NCBI GenBank assembly: GCA_951406725.2
Contig: OX597834.1
Location: forward strand, 13,764,001-13,828,000
DNA: 64,000 bases
Direction of reading: 5' to 3'
Source: Octopus vulgaris
Lineage: Eukaryota
Made by a program: the position numbers and the translations under genes. Positions 12,990 through 26,436 of this stretch are shown here, one piece after another. Each line of letters opens with the position of its first letter. Position 1 is the stretch's first letter. The notes under the pieces are model-generated. The model made no database searches. It worked only from the letters and a program-made list of their open reading frames with translations, and had not been told where the DNA came from.

Positions 12990-13410
12990 TTACTCTCTTT
13001 TACTCTTTTACTTGTTTCAGTCATTTGGCTGCTACCATGCTGGAGCACCGCCTTTAATCGAGCAACTCGACCCGGGGAACTGATTCTTTTGTAAGCCCAG
13101 TACTTATTCTATCGGTCTCGTTTGCCGAACCGCTAATTAACGGGGACGTAAACACGCCAGCATCGGTTGTCAAGCAATGCTAGGAGGACAAACACAGACA
13201 CACAAACAAACACACGCATATATACATATATATATATACATATATTGGACGGGCTTCTTTCAGTTTCCGTCTACCAAATCCACTCACAAGGCTTAGGTCG
13301 GCCCGAGGCTATAGTAGAAGACACTTGCCCAAGGTGCCACGCAGTGGGACTGAACCCGAAACCATGTGGCTGGTAAACAAGCTAATTACCACACAGCCAC
13401 TCCTGCGCCT
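12990..13410 (-). mobile_element. SINE family A, full length
   Basis: reverse complement of 145-556. Confidence 0.9.
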
Positions 13411-13760
13411 ATTATTATTTCATTTTATTTAATCATGATTAGGTCCACGAATCCTTTGCTTATTTAATTTTGTATTATGAATTAACACATTATCAATTTT
13501 TTCCATAGCTTTTCAATGTCTTCTGGGACAATAACGTCCTACAATATGATTAAGCACACCGACTTCTATAATACGTAATGTGTTTAGAATTTTGCTTTTT
13601 TCCAGCGTCTACTAGAACATTTAGTAAATAGAACGTTCTAACATTATACTTTATCGTTTCTAGAATTATCAGCATTCCACTCACTCTATCACCTCATGCA
13701 TTTGTTCAAGAGATCAGTAATGCTTGATTTGGTATGTCTAAAAACAAAACCCTGCATATA

Positions 13761-14061
13761 TCTTTATATATAAAAGTGAAGTTGTGTGTCTGTCTGTCTC
13801 CTACGATTTCGATTCCTAACTACTCCCACAATTTGCGGTGCAGTTTAACCAAAACCGGGTATCTTATAGTCGTGATTCATATCGAGCCCTTCTGGGTATT
13901 AGCGCACGTCTACGATGAGTCTACGATTAAAAAAAAAATTACCATCATTTTTTTTTCCATTTTTAATGCATTTGTTTGCTATTTTTTTGCCATATCTCTC
14001 TAAAAATGCTTATATAATTATTTCCCTTACAAACCCGAGCAAAGCTGGGCGATACTGCTAG
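13761..14061 (+). mobile_element. non-autonomous Helitron
   Basis: 5' TC after A, 3' GC-rich hairpin cccgagcaaagctggg then CTAG before T, no TSD; second copy 48101-48498. Confidence 0.8.
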
Positions 14062-14214
14062 TTAAACATACGTATATTAGATAATTTTAACAGATGTAAA
14101 CTTTGGCGAATTTAGTAATTACCTCATTCCTTTTGAATTATTTCTGCCATTTTAATTAAGCATATTTGAAAGTTCAATTTTATATTTCCATATCAACTTT
14201 TTTCTTTTCTTTCT

Positions 14215-14431
14215 CTTTCTTTTACTTGTTTCAGTAATTTGACTGCGGCCATGCTGGAGCACCGCCTTTAGTCGAGCAAATCGACCCCGGGACTTATTCT
14301 TTGTAAGACCAGTACTTATTCTATCGGTCTTTTTTGCCGAACCGTTAAATAAGGAGGACGTAAACACACCAGCATCGGTTGTCAAGCAATGCTAGGGGGA
14401 CAAGACAGACTCACAATCATATACACACACC

Positions 14432-14483
<52 letters not shown>

Positions 14484-14704
14484 GGAGTAAACACATAAAT
14501 GTGAAACAACGTGGAAAAAGAGTACTCAAATACTAGTTGGTAGAGTAATATGCTTTATTTAAAGCACCAGAAAATTCAACAAAACCTGTTACTTTGAGTT
14601 TCCCGTTGCCGTTCATCGGACACTTTTTGCAAATTGTCCGATGAACGGCAACGGGAAACTCAGAGTAACAGGTTTTGTTGAATTTTCTTCTGCTTTAAAT
14701 AAAG

Positions 14705-14780
<76 letters not shown>

Positions 14781-14950
14781 TGTATACGACAGGCTTCTTT
14801 CAGTTTCCGTCTAACAAATCCACTCACAAGGCAATTGGTCGGCCCGAGGCTATAGTAGAAGACACTCGCCCAAGGTGCCACGCAGTGGGACTGAACCCGG
14901 AAACATGTTGTTGGTAACCAAGCTAATTACCACACAGCCACACCTACGCT
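14215..14950 (-). mobile_element. SINE family A interrupted in its internal (TA)n by a fold-back insertion
   Basis: tail 14215-14430, head 14780-14950, insertion 14482-14704. Confidence 0.85.
14482..14704. mobile_element. PLE-type fold-back fragment, 70-bp arms (14553-14622 / 14635-14704), each with a mutated hammerhead
   Basis: near-perfect inverted repeat; unfolded relative at 30953-31105. Confidence 0.7.
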
Positions 14951-15605
14951 TGAACGTATATTTCTCTTACATCGTTAATGAATATCGTTTGTACACGATT
15001 CTACGACTATACTGTTGTTAAAAATAAAACAGAGATTATAAAATAGGAACAGCGATTGAACAGAGTTTTATTTACATGTAGTATCAGCTATTTGATCTAA
15101 AATTTACATACGTATATATGGATTGAAATGGGATGTCCCTTGAAATTTTGTAATATAATTAGATACTTTAAATAAGAAGAAAATATCAAAACGAAGTTAT
15201 TTTTCGTGAAGACATATAAAATATTCGTCTATCGAATTCAAAGATGATTCGCCATGACAATCACTGGCCATATGAGCAGCATAAGAAAATACACATTTCC
15301 GCATTTTCCTTTTGAAGAGTTTCTAGGGTGGCAAGGTAGTCGTTCTGCAATAAAGTAATATGACATGAAAAACTAACACTTTAATGTATATGATTTTAAT
15401 TTAAAATGCAGCTAAACAAGAGGATAAACAATATATATATGTGAGTTGCTTGCGTGCAATTCTGCAAATATGTGTATGTGTGCGTGAGAATTTCAAGTAT
15501 TTATGTGTGTACATGACACAATGCGTATCTGTGTATACATATATACATATATACATACTTATTTATGTGCACATATATACATATACTTACACACATATAT
15601 ATGTA

Positions 15606-15649
<44 letters not shown>

Positions 15650-15650
<1 letters not shown>

Positions 15651-15857
15651 CTTTATTCTTTTATGTGTTTCAATCATTTGATTTCGGCCATGCTGCAGCA
15701 CCAATTTTAGTCGTAGAAATTGACCCGAGGACTTATTCTATCGGTCTCTTTTCCTGAACCACTAAATGACGGGAAAGTATACACACCGACATCGGTTATC
15801 AAGCGCTGGTTGATGAAAAATACAACCATACAAACAAACATATACATATATATATAC

Positions 15858-15933
<76 letters not shown>

Positions 15934-15980
15934 CGTCTTTCCGTCCATCACTCATGAGTCTTTTGTCTGCCTGAGCTTAT
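15650..15980 (-). mobile_element. SINE family A, degenerate partial
   Basis: diverged tail and body. Confidence 0.6.
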
Positions 15981-15982
15981 AG

Positions 15983-15998
<16 letters not shown>

Positions 15999-16072
<74 letters not shown>
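15999..16072. repeat. (TG)n microsatellite
   Basis: perfect dinucleotide run. Confidence 0.95.
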
Positions 16073-16075
<3 letters not shown>

Positions 16076-16166
16076 CTCCGTTAAATAAATATAGAGCAGT
16101 TATTTATTTGAGTATTTGTAACGTAAGATTAGAAAACAACCGCTGGTTCCATATGAATGCCAAGCG

Positions 16167-16730
16167 GACGACCGGTGTAACACCGAGGCTACAGTATACC
16201 AAGCAAACGTAGCTTCAAACGGAAGCAGCACAAATATCAATAATATCAAAACCAACAGAGGGACACAAATTAAAATTTATGTCGGATATGAATCCAGATT
16301 TCAAATTTGCCAGGACAGCCACAGATCTTCTTTCAGGGTCTCCGAATGACGCAACACAACAACTGAAGATTACTTGAAACTTGTAGACCTTGTCTCAATG
16401 GAAATTGTGTGGTAGAAAGTCTTATAATTCTCATGAACTCATATGATCCAGGAGGTTACGGAAGCCCTGTGGAGTTGTCCACCTTTTCGGAAATTTTTAC
16501 TTCAAGTTGGAAAGCCTAGCTATCAAGGGAAGGAAGAGAACTCGCCCGGTCATATCTTTGAAGAGGAGTTTTTTTTGTTGAACTATCACCGGCGTTCTTG
16601 TGTTTTAAAACAAAATTTCTTTGCAGAGAATAGTTATTGTTTAGAGAAACTGAAGAGATGTCTAGTTCACGCTGATATGAAACCAATGCTTTTTTTTACT
16701 AATCTTACGTTACACATACTCAAATAAATA
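16167..16730 (+). mobile_element. degenerate Penelope-like 3' remnant (GIY-YIG relic, hammerhead relic, AATAAA, then (TA)n)
   Basis: frame from 16167: CNTEATVYQANV...KIYVGYESRF...HRSSFR..*RNTT; CTGAAGA-g-atgtc..gatat-GAAA at 16650-16682. Confidence 0.55.
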
Positions 16731-16739
16731 AATATATAT

Positions 16740-16776
<37 letters not shown>

Positions 16777-17160
16777 TCAAAATAAGCAACAACAACGACT
16801 CCGGTAATTTGGTACGATCGTTCCGTACTACGTCATCTTATTAAATGTTGTAAGTATTACAACAGATTTAAGCTGCTGAGTATATCTACCTTCTCTATAA
16901 TGTTGCCACTTGATTTGAAAAATTTTGTATTAATTGAAAACCTCTATAATTGGTTGATGAGTACTCAGCATCTTAAATATGTTGTAATACTTACAACATT
17001 TAATAAAATGATTTAGTTCGAAACGAACGATCCAAATTACCGGAGTCATTATTGTTGCTTATTTTGATTATAATCACCCCACGGATTTTTATGGATAACA
17101 CCATACATAATTCTGGTGCATCTAAATTAAGTACCATATTCATTTGAATATAAATTTTTG
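16777..17160. mobile_element. PLE-type remnant with ~105-bp inverted arms (16777-16882 / 16962-17067)
   Basis: same family as 3945-4282; bounded by (TA)n. Confidence 0.6.
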
Positions 17161-17165
17161 CTGAA

Positions 17166-17216
<51 letters not shown>

Positions 17217-17618
17217 TGTCACACGTTGAAATTAGTTTCTCTTTTTTCCTTATTTTTTTTTTTTTGTAAACAAATATACATACCAATGGTCTCTGTCAGG
17301 AGATTCCTGAAACTCAGCTTCACAGCATTACAGAATCTGGAATGTAGAGAGTAGAAGGTAGAGAGTAGAGATTAGTCTGTTCTTCATAACCGTTATTCGT
17401 TGGTCTGTGAAAGTGTTCGTTCCATTAACTGATAAGGAATAAAACCTAATACTTTTTTTTAAATGGCGGTTTATAAATCAGTCACATGTTCACAAAACAC
17501 ATGTTTCAGTTTTTCTGTAAATTGCTCCTTAAATAATACGAGTTTTATAAATGAAAACTCGCCTTTTCATTGCCCTCCAAATAGTTCAACAGAAAATGGT
17601 TAACCTCCCGGAAAAATA

Positions 17619-17851
17619 AGGCGGCGAGCTGGCAGAAACGTTAGCACGCCGGGCGAAATGCTTAGCGGTATTTCGTCTGCGTTACGTTGTGAGTTCAAAT
17701 TCCGCCGAGGTCGACTTTGCCTTTCATCCTTTCGGGGTCGATAAATTAAGTACCAGTTACGAACTGGGGTCGATGTAATCGACTTAATACCTATTTCTGT
17801 CCTTGTTTGTTGCCTCTGTGTTTAGCCCCTTGTGGGTAATAAAGAAATAGG
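17619..17851 (+). mobile_element. tRNA-derived SINE family B, full length
   Basis: ggcggcgagctggcagaa head, gagttcaaattcc B box, core gtcgactttgcctttcatcctttcggggtcgataaa (resembles Deu/Nin domain); TSD ggttaacctcccggaaaa on both sides. Confidence 0.9.
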
Positions 17852-18160
17852 TTAACCTCCCGGAAAACGGTTGCAGGAAGAATTGTGATGTGGACATGTG
17901 ATGAGTGTAATAAATGCGAATCGTAGCAGGCATTTTATCATACTAGTATGAGGTGTAGCATTTATATTACAACTCAATTTTCAATAGGCAATTCAATGGA
18001 AAATAAGTAAAATTGGACAAAATAAGTAAAAAATGCTGAGAAATGAGAGTGCAACAGCATATCACACGAAGTCGTGATATCAAAAACGATATTGTAAACA
18101 ATAGCTGTAATATCAGTTGCAGTATTCTGTAAGGGTCGTTCAAATTGTGAAACCATAAAT

Positions 18161-18592
18161 AGGCGCAGGAGTGGCTGTGTGGTAAGTAGCTTGCTAACCA
18201 ACCATATGGTTCCGGGTTCAGTCCCATTGCGTGGCATCTTGGGCAAGTGTCTTCTGCTATAGCCTCGGGCCGACCAAAGCCTTGTGAGTGGATTTGGTAG
18301 ACAGAAACTGAAAGAAGCCTGTCGTATATATATATATATATATATATAAATATATATGTATATGTGTGTATATGTTTGTTTGTTTGTGTTTGTCCCCCTA
18401 GCATTGCCTGACAACCGATGCTGGTGTGTTTACGTCCCCGTCACTTAGCGGTTCGGCAAAATAGACCGATAGAATAAGTACTGGGCTTACAAAGAATAAG
18501 CCCCGGGGTCGATTTGTTCGACTAAAGACGGTGCTCCAGCATGGCCGCAGTCAAATGACTGAAACAAGTAAAAGAGTAAAGAGTAAAGAGTA
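18161..18592 (+). mobile_element. SINE family A, full length
   Basis: as 145-556. Confidence 0.9.
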
Positions 18593-18633
18593 TGTCTAAA
18601 ACAACTTTTCTCTTTTTCTGCATTAATGATATC

Positions 18634-18681
18634 AAATATTATATGATATAACACCTTGCGGTGTTATATCATATAATATTT
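18634..18681. repeat. perfect 22-bp hairpin
   Basis: aaatattatatgatataacacc-ttgc-ggtgttatatcatataatattt. Confidence 0.9.
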
Positions 18682-19059
18682 TATATGAAAGTGCACAACA
18701 GAGTATGATCCTCGTACTTAGGAACATCACATATATAAACATATAAAACTCCTTATACGTGGGAAACGTATACTACCACCCAAGTGATATACATGTTTAA
18801 GTGTCAAATACGTAAAATATATAAAATAGAGCCACAAATATTATGAATTCTAGCAAAAATGGGAAACAAAAATATGAAGTAATTCATACTTAAGACTTCA
18901 TGTAACAACTAGTATCTCTGACACTAAACAGGAACGTAAGATATGTACAGATATAAGTGGGGTTTTTTTTCTGATTACCAAAATTCTTTTTGAAATAGTC
19001 TGAAGGTAAGCGGAAGACACATAGGCACCATGTAATGAGAAACATTTTAAAGATAAACA

Positions 19060-19470
19060 ACATATGACCTTGGAGGTGGGGCCCAGTTAGAATTTTCTTC
19101 TGGTCGAGTTGGTCATCCCGCTCAAAAGGTCCCTGAATAAGGGCTGTTTAAGGATGTTGAACGAAACACCCATGTTTCCAGAGGTGAATTATTCAAACCC
19201 CAAAGAATCCGTCTCAACACATGGCTATGATGCCCCCCCCCACACACACACACTACATCTGTTCGTGGTCAGAGATGCACATATCGTCAGCCACTAAGGG
19301 ACATGCTCAACTGGTTACGGTCAAACAACTGACAAGCAAATCTGTGGTATTGAACAGAATAATTGCTGTAGCCCATCTTTTATACCAAGACAAAACAATG
19401 TACATGATAACACTTCCAATCAGTTAAGATCAGAAGCCATGAGAGCCACTGCCTCGTACTGCATCAGGGC

Positions 19471-19543
<73 letters not shown>
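19060..19543 (+). mobile_element. probable LINE 3' end/UTR with (ATT)n tail
   Basis: higher-GC block ending abruptly in ~24 ATT repeats; clade not determined. Confidence 0.45.
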
Positions 19544-19546
<3 letters not shown>

Positions 19547-19885
19547 AGCATTTCAAATTCTGCCGAGGTCGACTCTACCTATCATCGTTTCATGCTCTAT
19601 TTATTTAGTACCACTGACATATTGGGGTCGATGTATACGATTAGTCCCCTTCACACAAAATTTCAGGCATTGTACCTATGGCAGAAAGGTTTATTATCAT
19701 TATTAATTTTTCAGTAATATTATTTCCTTCTTGTGAATTCCATGAAAATTAGATTAAGTAATAGAATATTTTAAACAATGACAAAATTAACTCGAAAATA
19801 TTTATTTATAACAGCCTCTTGTAATCATATGCTACAAGTATGCAATTACATCCATCTACATATATGAGAGTAAAAAAAAAAAAAA

Positions 19886-20205
19886 GACTCCGCCGGTTAC
19901 GACGACGAGGGTCCCAGCTGATACGATCAACGGAACAGCTTGCTCGTGAAATTAACGTGCAAATGGCTGAGCATTCCACAGACACGTGTACCCTTAACGT
20001 AGTTCTCGGGGATAATCAGCGTGACACAGAGAGTGACAAGGCTGACCCTTTGAAATACAAGTACAACTCATTTTTGCCAGCTGAGTGGACTGGAGCAACG
20101 TGAAATAAAGTGTCTTGCTCAAGGACACAACGCGTCGCCGGGAATCGAACTCACAACCTTACGATCATGAGCCGAATGCCCTAACCACTAAGCCACGCGC
20201 CCTCA
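19886..20205 (-). mobile_element. SINE family D, full length
   Basis: matches 10171-10496. Confidence 0.9.
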
Positions 20206-20514
20206 TAGGTTAGTTACATGCAAGGTGAAAGTATGCAGAAAAAAATATATACTCACTTGTATTCTTGAGTGGTAATTTTATGTGTTTTATCCAAACAGTT
20301 GGATATATATGATTTAAACTCATTAACGAATACGTGAAATCCTTTCAGGCTTGAATATATAAAAAAAAGGGAAGAAATATAGTAAACGTAATATTTTTTT
20401 TTTTAAACAATGAGTGCAAACATTACAATATTTCGTGTTTAAAATTTTCGGTAAAACATTGTCCAGTGAAAGTAACCAAACAGAAATTCTGAGAACATCA
20501 TATGTTGTAAGGTA

Positions 20515-20922
20515 TTCTCTTTCTCTTTTCTCTTTTACTTGTTTCAGTCATTTGACTGCGGCCATGCTAGAGCACCGGCTTTTAAAGTCGAGCAAATCGA
20601 CCCCCCAGGACTTATTCTTTGTAAGCCTAGTTACTTATCCTATCGGTCTCTTTTGCCGAACAACTAAGTAACGAGGACGTAAACACACCAGCATCGGTTG
20701 TCAAGCAATGTTGGGGAGACAAACACAGACACACAAACACACACACATATATATACATACATATATATATACGACGGGCTTCTTTCAGTTTCCGTCTACC
20801 AAATCCACTCTCAAGGCTTTGGTTGGCCCGAGGCTATAGTAGAAGAGACTTGCCCAAGGTGCCACGCAGTGGGACTGAACGCGGATCTGTGTGGTTGGTA
20901 AGCAAGCTACTTACCACACAGT
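20515..20922 (-). mobile_element. SINE family A
   Basis: reverse complement of 145-556. Confidence 0.85.
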
Positions 20923-21673
20923 ATAATTCATTTCTACTTGACTCTTTTATATATTTGATTGTTTTCCATATTTTCTAAATTGTTTCATTCTTTTTAATCA
21001 ACGCGGCATTTCGAATGCCAAATCACGATGTTGAAAATGTCCTGTCCATTATTTATCGCGTATTTTTTTTAATATTCTCATCACCACTATGGCGAGTTGT
21101 CAGAATCAATGGCGTTTAGACGAAAACATGGGTAATTTGTTTGGCTTTACATACTGATTTCAAATGCAGCCGAGATCGACATTTCCGGGCATACTATTGG
21201 GAGCAAAAGAACTGGCGCTTGAACACCGGGTCCGAATGTTACAATGTTTCACAACAAAGTGTAAAGAAATATTACATTGGCTTGTCCGGAAAGTTCGTGC
21301 CGATTTTGAAAGGAAAGAAAAAGGGCAATAAATACTTGCCATTGCATTTGATGTCTTGCAAACAACTTGCACATGCAAGTGCTACCAGTTAAAAGCTCCG
21401 TATACCGGAAGCTAGCAAGTGTCATCAGGAGAGAATGCCCGCCGTTTCGGGGCCTACCTCTCGACGGCATCAATGCGTACCGCCCCACCTCACTGATATG
21501 AGGCCCCGCTTGCTAGATATCAGCAAATATGAAACATTTTGTTACACAATGCGTGTCCATCTTTCCTTTAACTTGAAAATATCCTCTTCACAGATTTGAG
21601 GTGGTTTCATCTGGTTGTCGCAGATTCACGCCGCTCGGAGCAATCATGGTAAAACCGGCCCTACATGTACGCT

Positions 21674-21840
21674 TCTTCCTCTCCGTCTTCTTCTTCCTCT
21701 CCTTCTTCTTCTTCTTCTTCTTCTTCTTCTCCTTCTTTCTCTCCTTCTTCTCCTTCTCCTTCTTCTTCCGTTTCTTCCCTTTCGCGCTCCTTCTATTCCT
21801 TTTCCACACCTCCTTCCCTTTCTCCCTCTTATTCTTATAG
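21674..21840. repeat. polypyrimidine (CTT)n-rich low-complexity tract
   Basis: direct inspection. Confidence 0.85.
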
Positions 21841-22482
21841 CTATCCACCCTCTTGATTCACCCCTACATAGTTTCTTCCCCACTGACCCATCCACAATAA
21901 ACACAATTTCTTACCCCCTTATTACTTCCTCGCGATACTTTCCCAACAATAAGTCTATCAGACCTGACAGGCGCAAAATGTAATAGCACCAATTTTTTTA
22001 CAATTCTGACGATGTGCCTCCCCAATGCCTAAAACGTAAGTCAAATGACTGACACATTTAAAATTAATAAAAGAATTACAGAAAATGAAGTCATCAAGAG
22101 AGAATATGAAATTGGAAATGTTTTGCTGAACTCAAAAGAAATAAACAGTTTGAAATGCCTTAATGTACTAGTGTTACTTGCATGTTTCACGCATTGATTG
22201 ACTATTAAAAATGATTGAATTTAACACTGTCAAAATGTCGTTCCTATTATGTGCGTTTTAGTATTGATTCACTGGTTATGATAAATTATAATAAATTATA
22301 ATAACTTATAAATGTATACTTACAAACGCATGTCGTTAATGAGAACACTGATGGTATCTTCCGTCCTTATGTTTCGACTAAAATGTAAAGTTTTATTATA
22401 ATTTAGTTGTATTTTGTTATAATTAGTTGTATTAAAGTTTTGGAAAGAGGGAAAGAAATATTGGCAGGGGTGTTCAAATTTT

Positions 22483-22856
22483 ATGGTTCCGGGTTCAGTC
22501 CCACTGCGTGGCATCTTGGGCAAGTGTCTTCTGCTATAGCCCCGGGCCGACCAATGCCTTGTGAGTGGATTTGGTAGACGGAAACTGAAAGAAGCCTGTC
22601 GTATATATGTATATATATATGTATATGTATGTGTGTGTATTTGTGTGTCTGTGTTTGTTCCCCTAGCATTGCTTGACAACCGATGCTGGTGTGTCTACGT
22701 CCCCGTCACTTAGCGGTTCGGCAAAAAGAGACCGATAGAATAAGTACTGGGCTTAAAAAAAAAGAATAAGTCCCGGGGTCGATTTGCTCGACTAAAGTCG
22801 GTGCTCCAGCATGGCCGCAGTCAAACGACTGAAACAAGTAAAAGAGTAAAAGAGTA
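22483..22856 (+). mobile_element. SINE family A, 5'-truncated
   Basis: starts just before B box, intact tail. Confidence 0.85.
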
Positions 22857-23445
22857 TGGTAGATTTTTTTTTGGGGGGGGGGGTTATGTTTTCAGTATAT
22901 TACTTGTAGCTACCGCAATATAAAGTGTAACTGAGTGAATTCAGATCCGGTTCTAAAGTTACTAATAGGAATATTGTTATTGCATTTAAAAAAAGAATTT
23001 TAAGTATGTACTGTGTAAAATTTGTTTGCATAGAATGTGTAAATGTAATTTAAGTCCTACATGGTGTAAAATATGTAAAAAGAACAATGGAATAACTATA
23101 TCCTACAACCAACAGACACATTTGTCCAATCCCAGACAAAATCACAATCGTCTGCGTCACCATTGCGTCTTCATGCGTGGACTCAAATCATGTTCACACA
23201 TCGAATAAATAGAGCTTCTTAGGTTTTCTTTCTTTTTTCTTTTTCAAAATGTGTTTCTCTTTTCCTTGTGTGTTTTTTTTTCTTTCTATTATTCTCTTTA
23301 ACATCGAATACTCTCTTTCAAACGATCCTACGTCGAAATCGAATGGAGCTTGTGTCAATAAATGGTAAATTTATAAGGCGACGGATATATAAACCCAATA
23401 CAATTCATACGAATAATACTTGGCGATGATAGTAAATATCAGAAG

Positions 23446-23860
23446 AGGCGGCGCGCTGGCAGAAACGTTAGCACGCCGGGCGAAACGCGTAGCCGTATTT
23501 CGTCTGACGTTACGTTCTGAGTTCAAATTCCGCCGAGGTCGATTTGCCTTTCATCCTTTCGGGGTCGATAAATAAGTACCAGTTACGCACTGGGGTCGAT
23601 ATAATCGATTTAATCCGTTTTTCTGTCCTTGTTCGTCCCCTCTGTGTTTAGCCCCTTGTGGGTAGTAAAGAATTAGGTGTTTCGTCTGCCGCTACGTTCT
23701 GAGTTCAAATTCCGCCGAGGTCGACTTTGCCTTTCATCCTTTCGGGGTCGATTAAATAAGTACCAGTTAAGCACTGGGGTCGATATAATCGACTTAATCC
23801 GTTTGTCTGTCCTTGTTTGTCCTCTCTGCGTTTAGCCCCTTGTGGGTAGTAAAGAAATAG
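23446..23860 (+). mobile_element. SINE family B, head plus two body units
   Basis: body restarts at gtgtttcgtctg near 23677. Confidence 0.9.
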
Positions 23861-25112
23861 ATATTAAATATCAGAAAATACTTTTATGCCTTCTATAGTA
23901 GTGTTTGTATTAGAATCATTCATCGTTTGCTTTAATTGTTCGCATGTGAAACTGGAAAAATGCTTCCGTCTGATATTGGCTTCAATGTAGTATGTTCCAT
24001 GCCTGTTGGGCTGCTTACTCAGAGCTATCGTTTGATATTTGTCCACTTCTGACTGAGTGGTCTCAATACTTGATTGCCATTAAACGTTTGTCTAACAGTC
24101 GTCTGCCGTATCCGTCGTTTCTTTCCGAAGTTCTCATCCGTTTAAATGTTTAACAGCATCGGGTTTTGGTTTGCTGGATTCTTCGACAATGTCCAAATTT
24201 AATCAAAATATGTAGCCGAATTCTCTTCGATCCTAGCGTGGCAACAATAAATATGTGCCAGAAACATGTCGTTAAACAGTGTTTTCAACTTAAGCTTTCG
24301 AATCCCGTAGCAAAAAGTTCGCCTCAACCTTACTTTCATTATTTTCATTGCCTAGTTGAGGAAAATATACTGTAATCTTTCATTCATTTGTATTGCTGTA
24401 ACGTTGGGAACTGTACAACATTTTTATTAATTAATATATGTTTTTGAATGAAATTGGTCTGTAATATTCCCAAAACATTGATATATTAGGAAAATACGAA
24501 TTTCAAATATTTGCTACCGACAGAAGCCCTAACAAAATATCACTGTGTAAATAAAATTCTTCGAATTTATTTGCTGATGTAATCTAGGACCAATCGGTTG
24601 GATTAAGTTTTATTTAAAATGGAACTCTAAAGGAAAGAGTATAAAACTTGTATTACCTGTCATGTGTTCAGCTTTCTGAAATATAGGGGGTCAGAGGAGA
24701 AAGGTCATCTTACAGGAACACTATAAACCGGATATTAAGACTACTGTCGGGAAAAGGAATTGGACAGAATTTTTGAAATTCAAATGACGTGATTGAAGTG
24801 TCCCTATATTTACACTTCCATAAATATTGTCCATACATACACACATTCATCCATACACACATATACATTCAAAGATATGTATGTGTGAGTTTATACACAT
24901 TCAAATTTGCAAAAAAGCAGGCCAAAGCATAAAAAGGTATTTGAATTATAAACGAACTTACCTATCCCAGTCTTTGATATTTTGTACCCTGAAAACGAAG
25001 ACAAATAAATGAAGTTACATCCGAATGTTGAAAATTTGATATCATATTAGAGAGAGAAAAATCTTTCGTGTGTTTAGATAATCATATGAATACAAGTGGA
25101 CACTGATATCGG

Positions 25113-25760
25113 TATTGTATTGTCTTGTATCGATAGTCACCAACAAGGGCTTAAGCCGGCTCCGATTGAGTCCGCCGCGTCACGTGCCAGACCGTCCATT
25201 CACGTCTGTCAGCGACATATTCTGCAATGTATCGAAGTCATTCCCAGTTCCAGCGACGAACGCCAAAAACTCGTGGGTCTTCACCTGATACCTCTCTGCT
25301 CACACCAACCCCGCGGGGAGAGATTTTGGAGCTATTGACTTCCGGTTTAGTTCGTCATGGGAATACCTATTTCTTTACTACCCACAAGGGGCTAAACACA
25401 GAGGGAACAAACAGGGACAGACAAATGGATTAAGTCGATTACATCAACCCCACTGCGTAACTGGTACTTAATTTATCGACCCCGAAAGAATGAAAGGCAA
25501 AGTCGACCTAGGCGGAATTTGAACTCAGAACGTAACGCAGGCAAAATACCGTTAAGCATTTCGCCCGGCACGCTAACGTTTCTGCCAGCTCGCCGCCTTT
25601 CATCATGGGGATACCGCAATGCGACTCCAAAATGCCGTTGTCTCTTCGTCAGAAGAGTTCCTTCAAGAGGTGAGAAAGAACAGTGAGCGTAAAGTTATCA
25701 GATTGACTGAAATGCTGCCTATATACGACCTTCAAAAGCCCTCATTCTCTTTCAAAGTGC
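25113..25760 (-). mobile_element. degenerate RTE-like LINE 3' fragment interrupted by SINE B
   Basis: minus-strand relics resembling RRLRWFGHVLR (RHFGVALRYP) and PRGW..RG; (atacA)-type tail near 25113. Confidence 0.5.
25366..25598 (-). mobile_element. SINE family B, full length
   Basis: TSD ttcgtcatgggaata / ttcatcatggggata. Confidence 0.9.
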
Positions 25761-26132
25761 ACGACCTGTGGGTAACTATGACATATGAATGTGTGTTAGG
25801 AAATGCATTGCGTATCGATGCAAGAGAAGAGTGAATTAAATATTCAAAACTTACTTTTCGACCGGAACCGATTCCAGGAAGTCCTCTTCCCTGAAAAAAG
25901 AGATTAAAATACATAATAAACTTTCATTCTATACATATTTTCAATTAATTACCTAATCAGTCAACGAGTCAATTAATCAATATGCAGGTGTGTGTGTATT
26001 TGTGTGTGCGTGTGTGAGTTTCCTTGCTATCCATTGTGGTGCATGTTCGTATACGAATGTATCTAGGTAAGAGACAGCTGGACGAAATGGAAATCAGATA
26101 CAGCTTTTGTGTGTGTGCGTATGTATATACCC

Positions 26133-26436
26133 TTACTCTTTACTCTTTACTCTTTTACTTGTTTAGCGAACCGCTAAGTGACGGGGACGTAAACACACCA
26201 GCATCGGTTGTCAAGCAATGCTAGGGGGACAAACACAGACACACAAACACACATATATATATACATATATACGACAGGCTTCTTTCAGTTTCCGTCTACC
26301 AAATCCACTCAGAAGGCATTGGGCGGCCGGAGGCTATAGCAGAAGACACTTGCCCAAGGTGCCACGCTGTGGGACTGAACCCGGAACCATGTGGTTGGTT
26401 AGCAAGCTACTTACCACACAGCCACTCCTGCGCCTA
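26133..26436 (-). mobile_element. SINE family A with internal deletion
   Basis: tail joined directly to gaaccgctaag. Confidence 0.85.

Noticed and set aside
21277-21310. Mariner-like TIR ttggcttgtccggaaagttcgtgccgattt
   Set aside because: No partner TIR or transposase found
21588-21983. Poly-Leu/Arg/Lys ORFs resembling signal or basic peptides
   Set aside because: Derived from (CTT)n tract
23864-24375. Possible decayed reverse-transcriptase region
   Set aside because: Only vague motif resemblance across many stops
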